Below are positions 37,813 through 48,738 of a stretch of 64,000 nt of DNA, piece after piece. Below the pieces are notes generated by a model. The model worked only from the letters and a program-made list of their open reading frames with translations. It ran no database searches and was not told the DNA's origin. Both the position numbers and the translations under genes were made by a program. Each line of letters starts with the position of its first letter. Position 1 is the first letter of the stretch. The stretch covers positions 29,140,001 to 29,204,000 of the forward strand of contig CM059439.1 in NCBI GenBank assembly GCA_030390025.1, written 5' to 3'. This stretch comes from Squalus acanthias (Eukaryota).

Positions 37813-40800
37813 AAGAAGGAGAACAAAGAATGGCAATCTATTCTCAAAAGTGGAAAAACAAAAGGGCTTGAGCAGGCTCACTCAAGCAAGAAATAGGAGA
37901 TAAAGGAGCCTCTCTTTGGTTGCAGTAGAAGGGGTTGCTGGTATGTGGGAATCAGAAAGAGCTTGCTTCATGCGATGCCTTGCTCATGAATTATTGGAGT
38001 GTCATTCTGCCAGAGTTGGACTTTTTATCCCCCTTGTCTTCTATTTGAGATGTCCTGTACACTCGCGTCTCTCGTTCCAACAGATTTTTTTTTTTAAATC
38101 CCTTCACTTGGAAAAAAAAAATCAAAATCATTGGCAGGCTTTATTAATGAGAAAACAATTGAAAATCGGACTTAAAAAGAAAACTAATAAAACAAGGCAG
38201 TACCGATAGCCAAAGAACATTTTAAATCATTTCAGTTCGGATAGTCGGAACGCTGGTTTCAGCTTGGGTGCTGCTGTAAAGCTCAAGAGATATCATTAAA
38301 ATGACAGCCAAGTCCTTTTTTTTTTTGTTAAGTGAGTGTCTGAAAAAACACTTTTTTCAAATTTCCTTTACGGACATATGGCCAACGCTGAACCATCAAA
38401 TCATTTATGATCGATAGCATTTCATGCCATGTGTCACAGATTCTTTGCAAGACCACTGGCTTTATCGTTCGCACGGAAAAAGGGACGGTATTTTGGAATT
38501 CAATCCCCAAAACACCCATAAAAATCGCAGAATCCCCTGCAATAAAACAGAGTTTGACTTATTCAGTTGTCCTGATCGTTTGCGATTAAACCTTAAACCT
38601 GTGGTGATGATGTCACAGATTGTCACTTCTCTTGTGCAGACATCACCACGCATTAAGGAGCTGAAGTCTGCCACCAGTCAGCATCTGCTGACAGCCACTG
38701 GCAGCACAGAAATGCAGTAAAACACCAACATCTCTCTGCCTTCATTTGTTTTAATATATAGTATATTATATATATATATAAGATATTAAATGAAAGCAGA
38801 TGGTAAGGAGCAATTTTAAGATTGTTACCTGATTTCAGTCATTAGAGGATAGTTTGAAAGTTTTTGAACTTCACCCTTATATTTTGCACACTTTATGCTT
38901 AAAATACTAGCGTATAATCACTCAGTATTCCATAGCTCATCAAAGTAACATTTTATATTATTTACTTGGGTCACCCAAGCAACTTAGCTTATTTAAATGT
39001 TACAGAAAGGCTTGCAATAAAAAGGACAATAGATTGACTTATTCTTCCACCACTCCCCACCCCCCCCGACCCCCTCCAGTAAAGTAACTAAGTAAAAAGA
39101 GACCTGACAGTTCTGAAGAACTTTATTAGGTCTTGTCGAAATGGAGAGAGGCAGTCTGGGGAGGAGGGTGCGAGGTCCATATAGGAACCTCTTCTATCCT
39201 GCCTTCCTGAGTCCAGTTTTCCGCTCAGCTCCCAAATGGTGATGAGCTGGCAGCAGTGAGTATTGAAATGCACTGAAATGAGAAGAAAGAAAGAGAGAGG
39301 AAAAAAAAGACACTCTTTGTGGTTGCGGGAGAAAACCGTACAAAAGGATATTTTACAGATGAAGAGATTAATGATTTAATGTGGCTGAGAAGAGAGCTGT
39401 TACATGGAGAGTGGGAGGAGGAACGAGCACAATGGGGGAGGGGGAGAGACACAATCAAGAGTGGCAGCCAGCGTTGGAGACCGCAGGGCTCTGTTTGTGG
39501 GGCGTAATCTGATTATTTAGAGGAAAGACCTTTAATGAAAAATTAATTTGATCGGGCCTGACACATAGCCTGGATAAGTGCAGGTGGAGAGTGCCCGCTG
39601 AAGGAAAATGGGTTTATTAAAACGTCACCTAATTGCAGCAGAGTTTGAAATCTTAAACAGGAGGTCACTAATCCCATCTTTAAAGAAACACAAACGGTGG
39701 GAACAGGATTCTAATGTCTTGCCACATCAGATATCAAAATGCTTAATAAAATGATTTTTTTCTGCTGTTCAGCTAATTGTTATGCTTCTCTTACTTTCTA
39801 ATAGGGTGATATTGTGCTGTGTGAAATGTTAGCACATTTGTATGAAATTCCTCCGTCCACTATTTTAACAGAGACAGTAAAATACTGGATAGGCCAATTT
39901 CATACAAGCGTATTAATACATTTGCATTCTAATATTGAATGACGAGATATTCCCATTGATGTTTTATTGGCGTTAACATTAAGATTATTTTTTGGTTTTG
40001 ATATATTTCATTTTCTTGATTTTTGAATAAAAACCCTGTAAAACTAAACTATAGCATAATGCCCCAGGGAGCCATTTGCCCTATTTCCTTAAACATAAAG
40101 CCTACAGACAGAAAAGCTCACAGGTAGGGTGGCCTCTTAAAGCCTCCTTAAAGGGCCTGTTCCTCTCACTCACATGCAGGTTGCTTCTTATTACAGTTTA
40201 GTCAGTTCTTCAGCTGACAAGCATATCTCATTAACCATCCCAACGACGTCAAGTCAGAAGAGGAGGAGAGGGTCTCTTCCCCTCGTTCCCTGCAGGAATT
40301 TAAAATGACCCAGGACAAACCACACGCCAGTAATATCAAGACATTTGAGAGATCCCCAGTAATTGTCATGTCTCACTGCACAAAGTTAAGAAATGCGAGT
40401 GGGCACCGCGGCCTGATCAGGCTTTCCCTCACTTTGTTCCTCCATAATGGGATAATACATGGTCTTTTACTCTGCATCTGGCAATGATATAAGCTTAAAG
40501 GAGAAGGTACCGCTATGGGTAAGTATTGTCAATAGGAAGTACTTACTCCTAGGCTACCTCGATGTGTTTTGTAATATTTTAGGGGGGGGGGGGAGGGGAA
40601 TTAGCAATGAGAACACAAAATTTTCATTTTGAAAAATATTTGTATTTATGGGGCTGCCCTACTTATTCGTCCACTTCTTGCTGTGAAGGATGGGGCAGGT
40701 GTGGTGGAGTGGCATGAGACTTTGGACAGTATCAATGACAGCGGTGTCTTTAGAAAGTGATTGTGGGCTGGTTCCTTTCAGGGTAAACAGTTCCCATTGA

Positions 40801-42852
40801 CAGAAGTTACCTGTAGAGTTGCCTTCTCCGCTCAGACGAACATTAGAAGTGTGGAGCAACTGAAGCACACAGCGATCAGAAGAACTTGGTGACATGGGGG
40901 AGATTTCTTCGTTTACTGTTTGTAGCCAAAGTTATACATGCATTCTTCATACATGTGTTTTTGATTTCACTACAAGTGGTGGACAGAGGAAATCTTCCTG
41001 CACAGTAACTGAAACAGATATTATCACTTCTATAAAGAGGGAGTCTTGTCATCAGTAGCCCCCTTTATAAACTGAACAGTTAAAAAGATTTATGATTGTC
41101 AGTAACGTTTCTTTCTGCAATGCCTATTTTTGTTGGGTTTTTTTTGAGCAGCAGATATTTTTATTCAAACAGTAACTGGAATAACATCATCAACAGAATT
41201 GACTTGTAGTAACTGCTGAACCTGACAGTGGGGAGGTGATGAATTAACACCCACAGTTGAAATGACAACAGACAAAACAAAAAATACAGAGGTTTCCCAG
41301 GTTAACGATAATTCCTCTCCCTTATACTGCCTCGCTTTGTAACTCCTCCAACTCACACCCACCCTCTCACTGATTCACTGTATAAATAGCAATATCCCAC
41401 ATAAAAATCAATAGGATAGACAGAAAAAAGATTTTAAAAAGGTCTTGATGGTGAAACATGCCCATTAAAAGAGATCCTTGATATTGAGACTTCCTCTGTA
41501 AATAACATCTGCTTGGTTATATTGAAAAAAGTTCAAAAAGCAACGTTAGCAGAATCTTTGAACAAACTTGGCACAGAACTTGTAACACCTGGCCACGTAT
41601 TCCGAAACTAGCAATATAGTTAGCATGAGGGCGAGAGCTAGTCACAGAATCCAAATGCCTTGGTTAATAGAATGAGGGCAAGGGCTAGTCAGAGGAGGCG
41701 TGTTACATTGGCCTGAAGTTGCTCAGGTAGCTAGGATCGTGTCTGACGGAGCCTTCCAGCAGCGCTGACCTTGGTGGGGTTAGTGGGAGAGCACCTCATT
41801 TACTTGGGCCAGTCAGGTGCTTGTGCCATTTTGGTTGCATCTCCAGTGCCAAATTGCCCACGCCAGCCCGAAACTTCAGCACTTACCTACCTGTGGGGCG
41901 GGGGGTCCCCAAGCGACCCACACCCTCCCTTCCCCCCCCCCCCCCCCGCCCCCAACACCCCGACTCCAGCCATCATCCCCACATCCCCCTGAGCAAAGAG
42001 GTTTATCTATAAAAATGTTTTAAAAATCATGGTCTTCAGTGTTCCAGGGCGCTTGCCTGACCTGGGACCTAGGGTGGAGCCCACATACACCTTGTGGATG
42101 CTGGTACGCCTCCACTCACACAAGGTACCAGCCTCCACTGATATGCCAGGTCCCACTGGAGCTTGAGGAGTGCGAACTCCCAGCTCTGAGAGTCCCCACC
42201 CTTCCTCTGCCACCTGACCATCAATCTGCCACATACAAGGCAACCAGGAGACTCCCAGAGTTGGCAGAGACCCAATGCAACCAGGTTTACATCATTTTCT
42301 GTGGGGTTCCTGCCAGAGTTATAGTGGGAGACCAGCAGAACCCCCAAGGCATTTTTGATCCATTGTCACGAGTGAGGGTAGAGATTGGTTCTGTGATGCT
42401 TCTTCTCAAGTGAAAAACATAGTGTTATAATGATCAATATTATTGCACTTTTGCAATACTTATAATGCTGTGTTTTAAAAAGAGTAATTATTTATTTTTT
42501 CTCTTTGATTTGTCCTTTATGAAACTTAGTGGAGCACTCCATCTACTGGCTTTGATAAGAACCATCAAAGTTGGCTTTGAATGCTAGTCAAGACTGGGTT
42601 TTGAACTTTTAGCCCATTGGTTGAGTATGCAATAAATAGTCCATGAGCTATCACATCTAACTCCAGTGAAGAGAGCTCAACCTGCATGGTAAATAATACA
42701 GCCATTGCGGAGATGATTCCTTAGCCTGTTTATAGACTACCTGTTACAGACTACTCCAGATTCGTGCATCAGTGGTATCAATCGGAGGTGGGGGAGCATA
42801 TTTGTTGGCTTAGCAAAAATGAACAATTTATGGATTATTTTTCTTTCAACAG

Positions 42853-43048
42853 AGGAAAACCAGATATTCAGTGGATGAACCTTGACCCTGTGCAGCTCTT
42901 GGATGAACTGGGGCAGTTTACATCTTTGGAGGGATTCAGGGAGATGCTAGATAAGGCCCAAGTAGGACATGCTTACATGGATAGACCTTGCTTACAACCA
43001 GTTGACACTGAGTGTCCTATGACTGCCCGAAACAAAAAATCACTGGAG
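42853..43048 (+). CDS. PTCH2: PTCH2 exon 6 (196 nt)
   Basis: ttctttcaacag|A GGA AAA...CTG GAG|gtaagc; GKPDIQWMNLDPVQLLDELGQFTSLEGFREMLDKAQVGHAYMDRPCLQPVDTECPMTARNKKSLE. Confidence 0.96.
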
Positions 43049-43759
43049 GTAAGCCCTGTAGCAATTTATTTCTTTACTTTTGGCCTCAAGGTAAATTTTA
43101 GTCTTTAGCACTTCCAGCGCTGAGCTTCACATGGCGGGAGTAATACGGGAATTTGGGAATAGCCCCAGTGCACAAAACTCTGAATTGCGAATGCAACAGA
43201 GCAGAATTTACCCGGTAGTTTCTGACAGTTAGGGCCAGTGTACTTTTTAGTTGTGAAGGACCCCAGTATTCAGCATTTGGCTTCCTTATTCGTTTGAGGA
43301 GTTACATTAAGAGACCAGGTGAAGTTTGTTGAATATTACTGCCATTTCACTTCTTGGTCCTGGGTTTTTGAATCCTGACAAGACTGATAGAATGAAAATC
43401 TCCTCCCTCTGACAATGGTACAGGACCTATGTTGGAAAAAGTCTAAACCCAATTTCTTGTGGGTGTGGGTCCACAGAACAAAGCTATGCACAAATTGGCA
43501 GTTGCAGGTAAAGTTGTCCCTTCTGCTTTGTTCATCCACTGCTCTCAGAAGAGGTGTGGGCACAGGCAAGTGTGACTATCCAGAGACTGGAAACACTCAG
43601 ATCAAGGTGGCCCTTTACATGTAAATTAGTAGTAAAGGCTCCAGTTATCTACTTACATTTTTAAGTATGCCTCTAGTGATGCCTCTGTTCTCCGTGAACC
43701 CCACTTGAGATTAGAACCTGTTACTTGAGTGTGAACAATGAAAGGTCACAGTTATGTTA

Positions 43760-44105
43760 TGATGTGGAGATGCCGGCGTTGGACTGGGGTGGACAAAAAT
43801 GAGAAGTCGCACAACACCAGGTTATAGTCCAACAGATTTATTTAATTTTACAAGCTTTCGGAGCAGTTCGCTCCTTCGTCAGGTAAGTTTAGCAGTGAGA
43901 GAATCTCCCAGAATTCACAATTTAAACACAGACAAAATATATTCAAATCTTTCCTACATCAAAGAATATATTTTGTCTGTGTTTAAATTGTGAATTCTGG
44001 GAGATTCTCTCACTGCTAAACTTACCTGACGAAGGAGCGAACTGCTCCGAAAGCTTGTAAAATTAAATAAATCTGTTGGACTATAACCTGGTGTTGTGCG
44101 ACTTC
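43760..44105. mobile_element. Penelope-like element pseudo-LTR insertion forming a perfect inverted repeat
   Basis: Arms 43803-43944 and 43964-44105 (142 bp, no mismatch seen), 19-nt loop; 43-nt tail 43760-43802; 14-bp direct repeat TCACAGTTATGTTA at 43746-43759 and 44104-44117. Confidence 0.88.
44022..44060 (+). ncRNA. Minimal type-I hammerhead ribozyme motif (Penelope-type); mirrored copy on the minus strand in the left arm
   Basis: Stem I TTAC/GTAA, core CTGACGA plus A, stem II GGAGC-gaact-GCTCC, GAAA, palindromic loopless helix III AGCT, CUU triplet. Activity unknown. Confidence 0.65.
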
Positions 44106-44155
44106 ACAGTTATGTTACTAAGTGTAAATTAAACATAATTTTTATATTGTTACAG

Positions 44156-44277
44156 GCTCCTAATATTCCCACAGAATTAACTGGAGGCTGCCATGGATTC
44201 TCAAAGAAGTTTATGCATTGGCAAGAGGAGCTGATTTTGGGCGGCGTGAAGAAAGATTCCCAGAACATACTGCTGAG
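44156..44277 (+). CDS. PTCH2: PTCH2 exon 7 (122 nt)
   Basis: ttgttacag|GCT CCT...CTG AG|gtaagg; [40 protein letters not shown](S). Confidence 0.96.
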
Positions 44278-44304
44278 GTAAGGCTAGAGGGAGAAGAAAA
44301 ATTA

Positions 44305-44725
44305 GAGGAGTTAGCATTGGGTCTAAGTGGCGCAATTAGGTAGAAGTCTGAGACTGCGGTTTGAATCCATACCAGACGGATTATATGAAAGTCTCTTTTC
44401 TATCTTAAGTGGCTAATAAGTACATCGGGGATGGATTTCCATGGGGCTCCCCCAATCGTTTACCGTAACTTCAGCGGAAGAGCTGCGGAAACCCTGGAAA
44501 AACGGCGTAAGCCATTTTTTTCAGGGTGTCCGTGGCTCTCCTGCCAAAGTTACAGCGGGCGATTGGGAAAATCCTCCACGGAATTTTACCTCCCAGGGAG
44601 TTTAAGGAGGCTCATCCATTTCCCAGTAGTCTTGAGTCTACAATACAAAACCATCTCTAATCGTACGCTAATTAGCACCTATTGGGGACTCAGTCAGAAA
44701 GGCAGCAAGAGTGGCTGGAGTGAGA
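44305..44725 (+). mobile_element. LF-SINE-like element interrupted by a MITE
   Basis: ggtttgaatcca head; tccatttcccagtag...caaaaccatc...gctaattagcacc...gactcagtcagaaaggc body. Confidence 0.5.
44427..44592. mobile_element. Palindromic Harbinger-type MITE
   Basis: Imperfect arms (ttccatgggg...ccaatcg...gtaactt / aagttac...cgattgg...cctccacggaa); related sequence at about 11700-11818. Confidence 0.7.
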
Positions 44726-45432
44726 AATGCACATGTCACGGTGGAGAAGCAGATGATATTCTTTTGAAATTGCAGGGTAAGGTATAGTATTTCTGGCATT
44801 CTTGAAGGGGCTCTGCCTTACAGCTAACCTGTGCTGTAACTAATCTGGGAGTGAAAATTACAAGCTGTTAAGAGGTGGGCAAGGTGGATGCCCTATAGGA
44901 ATACCAGCATTCTGATCCACAGAAACATGGCTCTTCTGTCTTCAGGATGAGCCCATGCTTCTGTCACAGGCTAGTTATGTAGTGACTTGGACTCCAGGAT
45001 GCCTGCCAACCCTGTCAACCAGAGCAGGTTGTGTATATCACAAATGAGGGCGAAAATGTGTGCTTACCTTATTGGGGGTGCTTCAGGAAGGCGCAGTCAC
45101 AGTTTCCAAGTATTAGTTGATCATCCTGGCGCTGGTAGTTGTGCGAGTTTTGCACCCACTTTGACGACATTCTAAAGAACATTCAGTTTGAAAACTAGCC
45201 ATTACACGATCACAGAATTATTATTTTTATTAATGTGGGCTTGCTTTGTTTTGGTCCCAAGTGGTTTTGAAAGAGTTAAAGCCTAAATCAGGCTGATTTG
45301 CCTTCCAATAACCGCACTGCAAAGGAATTCCTTGCAAGGGCAATCAGTGCTGCCCTTTGACCTGAACTCTGGAGTAGCCAGCTGCAGTAAGTGGATGCTC
45401 ATATAATCCTGCCTCTTACATCACTCTTTCAT

Positions 45433-45585
45433 TCTTAAAGAGCGAGTCCCACCATCAGGTCCCTTTTAAAGAAGAGGGTCTCGTCACTGGAACCCCTGTT
45501 AAAGAAGGAGCCTCGCCATCAGGATCTCATTACTGGGATTCCCTTTTAAAGAGACAGTCTCACCACCAAGATTCCTTTTAAAAAT
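45433..45585. repeat. Degenerate minisatellite of about 31 bp
   Basis: Repeated ttaaaga..gtctc.cca.cagg.tccctt units; an inverted relative at about 28930-28998. Confidence 0.65.
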
Positions 45586-45997
45586 CAAACCATTTCAAAG
45601 AATTATCATTAACTTTAACATCCTTCTGCCTATTTATTTCTGAGTGCCAGTAATGTTATTAGAAGAACTATCATAAATAGGAAATACAAAGCCTGCAAGC
45701 ATGAAGGAGCTAAGTTAATATCAGTGAAGATGCAGGGCCTGAAATGCCAGGAGCCCCACTCCACCACCGGACGTTACGCAGAGCGGAAATCCTGGCTGCC
45801 CGTCTGAAATTGCGGGAATGGGGCCATTTGTATGATTGGGTCAGAATTCTGTTAGCTGCAAAGGGGGAGTTTCAGCAGCACCCTTCCCAATTCGCCTTGT
45901 AAGTTTCTCTGCCTGAGATCTCGTAAGGTTCCCGGACTGAAGAAAAGGAGCTTCTTTTAAAAACCTTCAGCTCCAATGGGAGCCTTTTGCTCACAGA

Positions 45998-46055
45998 AGA
46001 AAGGTTATCGATCCCCTCTGGGATTGAGAAAGGTTATCGATCCCCTCTGGGATTG
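45998..46055. repeat. Perfect 29-bp tandem duplication
   Basis: agaaaggttatcgatcccctctgggattg x2. Confidence 0.95.
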
Positions 46056-46158
46056 ACCCAGATGAGCTCTGGATCTTGCAACAATGGTCATGTCACTTCA
46101 GCTACTTCACATTGTGGTGTTCAGGAGTTCTTCTGAACCAGTCTCCACTTAAATACCA

Positions 46159-46332
46159 AAGCAAAATACCGTGGATGCTAGAAATTTGAAATAAAAACAG
46201 AAAATGCTGGAAATACTCAGCAGGTCAGGCAGCATCTGATGAAAGGTCATGGACCTGAAACGTTAACTCTGTTTCTCTCTCCACAGATGCTGCCTGACCT
46301 GCTGAGTATTTCCAGCATTTTCTGTTTTTATT
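46159..46332. mobile_element. Second-family Penelope-like pseudo-LTR insertion with inverted arms and a hammerhead core in the loop
   Basis: 49-bp perfect arms 46190-46238 and 46284-46332; 15-bp TSD TCCACTTAAATACCA at 46144-46158 and 46332-46346; CTGATGA-A-AGGTC-atg-GACCT-GAAA-CGTT at 46236-46264. Confidence 0.85.
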
Positions 46333-47524
46333 CCACTTAAATACCATCTGTGCTCAGTATTTTAACAATTTTATTTAACATCATATAGAAATACACTGGA
46401 GGATGGCAAGGATGTTAACATAATATTAAAAATAATATTATAACACCCTTAAAAAAAGATTACTACAGTGCCAGTGAAATTCTCACTTTAAGAAAAGCTG
46501 TCATCTTTAAGGTGATGCTAATTATAATTGGCCAAAATATTGCTTTGTTTCCATTATTAATTAATGGAAATATGTATTTTTAACAGAGATGGGGGAAGGC
46601 AATAGGTGACTTCAGTTGTGCAGTGGCATAGAATGTCACTTCTGTAAAACGCTGTGTCAATGGTGGTCGTGTACTGGTTTGCAGCTGCTATCGCAATCAT
46701 GTGCGTTTCTCTCTTCCCGGACTAAGCGGGTCCTTTCCAGGGTTACCATTTTACACCTCCCAGCAGCCTCTTCAAAAAAAGGCACTGGTCGAAGTTGGCA
46801 GCTGATCTCCCTGTCTAACTCCCTGACTGCCTGGGGAGCAGCGTGTGGCTCCAGAAAGAGAGAAACCTAAAGACAGGAGAAAATAACACAGATCATTTCA
46901 AATTATAAAAAGGAAATACTTCAAGTCATAAAAAAATGAATGGAATGTTATACAATCCCAGTATTTTTGAGTCTGTTTTTTCTATTTAAAATCAATCTGA
47001 AATGAGTGGGATTACAACAAATTTGGTCCTTTGCCCAGAACATGACCTGGGAAATCTCCATGGATGTGGTACAATCCCTTTAAACAGGCCGTGAAAGACT
47101 TGGAAACATTACTTTGTGATATGATTTATGATATCCTAGTTTTGCTCTTTGAGCTATGATTGTCAGTGTGCCAACCAGCAGGCTGCCCAGTAGCTGAAAG
47201 CACAGACTGAATTTCCTTCCACCTGTGACACCACTCCTGTGAAGTCTCCATGATGGAACCGCCTTAAAATTATGATGTTATTAAGGTGTTGGGAGGACTC
47301 CTACTGGCCTGATGCCCAAGGCTATTATAGGTTACCTGACCTAGGTCTAAAGTTTCAGGCTCAGTATATGAGAACGTGACTAAACGACATGTAAAAGAAG
47401 CCGCAGTGGACTAGTGAGAGCAGGGACTTGTACAAAACCATGAGCTTATTGAGAAGAAGAAATTCCAATTTTCAGTTCTCACTCCGAAGGAGGAATCTTT
47501 TAACTCCATAGTTCCACAGGGATT

Positions 47525-47850
47525 AGCAGCCCTCCAGTACATCAGCCAAGCAGCAAATCTTCATATATGAGTGTCAATGGGCTGTTGGACTGTGGAGAAC
47601 ATCACATCCAAACCCAATCCTGCCCTCACCTGATATCCACACATGCACATTCTAGCAGGGGTTCACTGGATAGGGAATCAGGAGTAGGAACCCTAGCTGA
47701 TTTCTCCCCTTCCTAGCCCAGGAACACTAAGGCCAGCAGTAGGGCTTCTATTTCTGTCCCAGCTGATACTGGCTAACTCAGCACAGAACGTGTGGGATAT
47801 CTGGTTTAGTACCACAATGTGTAGTGCATTTACTCACAAATCCATCAGGG
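47525..47850 (-). mobile_element. AmnSINE2-like SINE
   Basis: aatcctgccctcacc, gttcactggata, gctgattttc, gctaactcagcacaga, agtgcatttac. Confidence 0.7.
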
Positions 47851-48109
47851 AATGTGTTTTGAAATGTGTTTTTTTTTACATATTTGATTATTTTCTCCTC
47901 TTGTTTTCCTTTCTTGATTTCCCACATCATATACCTTGAGCAGAGAGGGCAGGGCAGGGCAGGCAACCCACTCCCAGGCCTTTACCCCTCTATAACTTAA
48001 AACTAGCGGGTGAGTGCAGGTGACTCTTCGCCCAGTTTTTTTTTCCCACCCTGTTTGGAAGCATGTTGACACCTCTTTCCCACCCTGGATGCCACAGAAC
48101 TCTGAGCAG

Positions 48110-48538
48110 CACTGTTGTAATGTGGGAAACACGGCAGCCAAGTTGCGCACAGCAAGCTCCCACAAACAGCAATGTGAAAATGACCAGATAATCTGTTTTT
48201 TTTAATGTCGGTTGAGGGAGAAATATTGGCCAGCACACCGGGGATAACTCCCCTACTCTTCTTCGAAATAGTGCCATGGGATCTTTTACGTCCACCTGAG
48301 AGAGCAGACGGGGCCTCAGTTTAACGTCTCATCCAAAAGACGGCACCTCCGACAGTGCAGCACTCCCTCAGCACTGCACTGGAGTGTCAGCCTAGCTTTA
48401 TGCGCTTAAGTCCCTGGAGTGGGACTTGAACCCACAACCTTCTGACTCAGAGGTGAGAGTGCTACCCACTGAGCCACAGCTGACACTTTGTGACATCCTG
48501 AGGCCATGAAAGGCACTATATAAATGCAAGTCTTTCTT
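48110..48538. mobile_element. Near-complete SacSINE1/Deu-like SINE with an inverted 5' portion
   Basis: 48110-48487 on minus with a tRNA-like head (A box TGGCTCAGTGG, B box GGTTCAAGTCC); 3' tail ...ctatataaatgcaagtctttctt on plus at 48488-48538. Confidence 0.85.
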
Positions 48539-48590
48539 GTTTTATATGTTAAATACACGTTTTGTTTGCCTCTTTCCTCCCTTACTCAAG

Positions 48591-48738
48591 TGCCGAAGCT
48601 CTCCAGACCATGTATCTACTGATGAGCCCCAAGCAACTTTATGAACATTTCAAGGATGATTATGAAATCCACGATATCAACTGGAACCAGGAAAAGGCAA
48701 CGGCTATTCTGGAAAGCTGGCAGCGGAAATTCGTCGAG
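48591..48738 (+). CDS. PTCH2: PTCH2 exon 8 (148 nt)
   Basis: cttactcaag|T GCC GAA...GTC GAG|gtattc; [49 protein letters not shown]. Confidence 0.94.

Noticed and set aside
43803-44105. Palindrome as an assembly or fold-back artefact
   Set aside because: The flanking TSD, the asymmetric element tail and the unique loop fit a real Penelope insertion
48410-48487. tRNA gene on the minus strand (similar heads at 60180 and 61685)
   Set aside because: The A/B boxes are joined to SINE bodies, so these are SINE heads rather than tRNA genes
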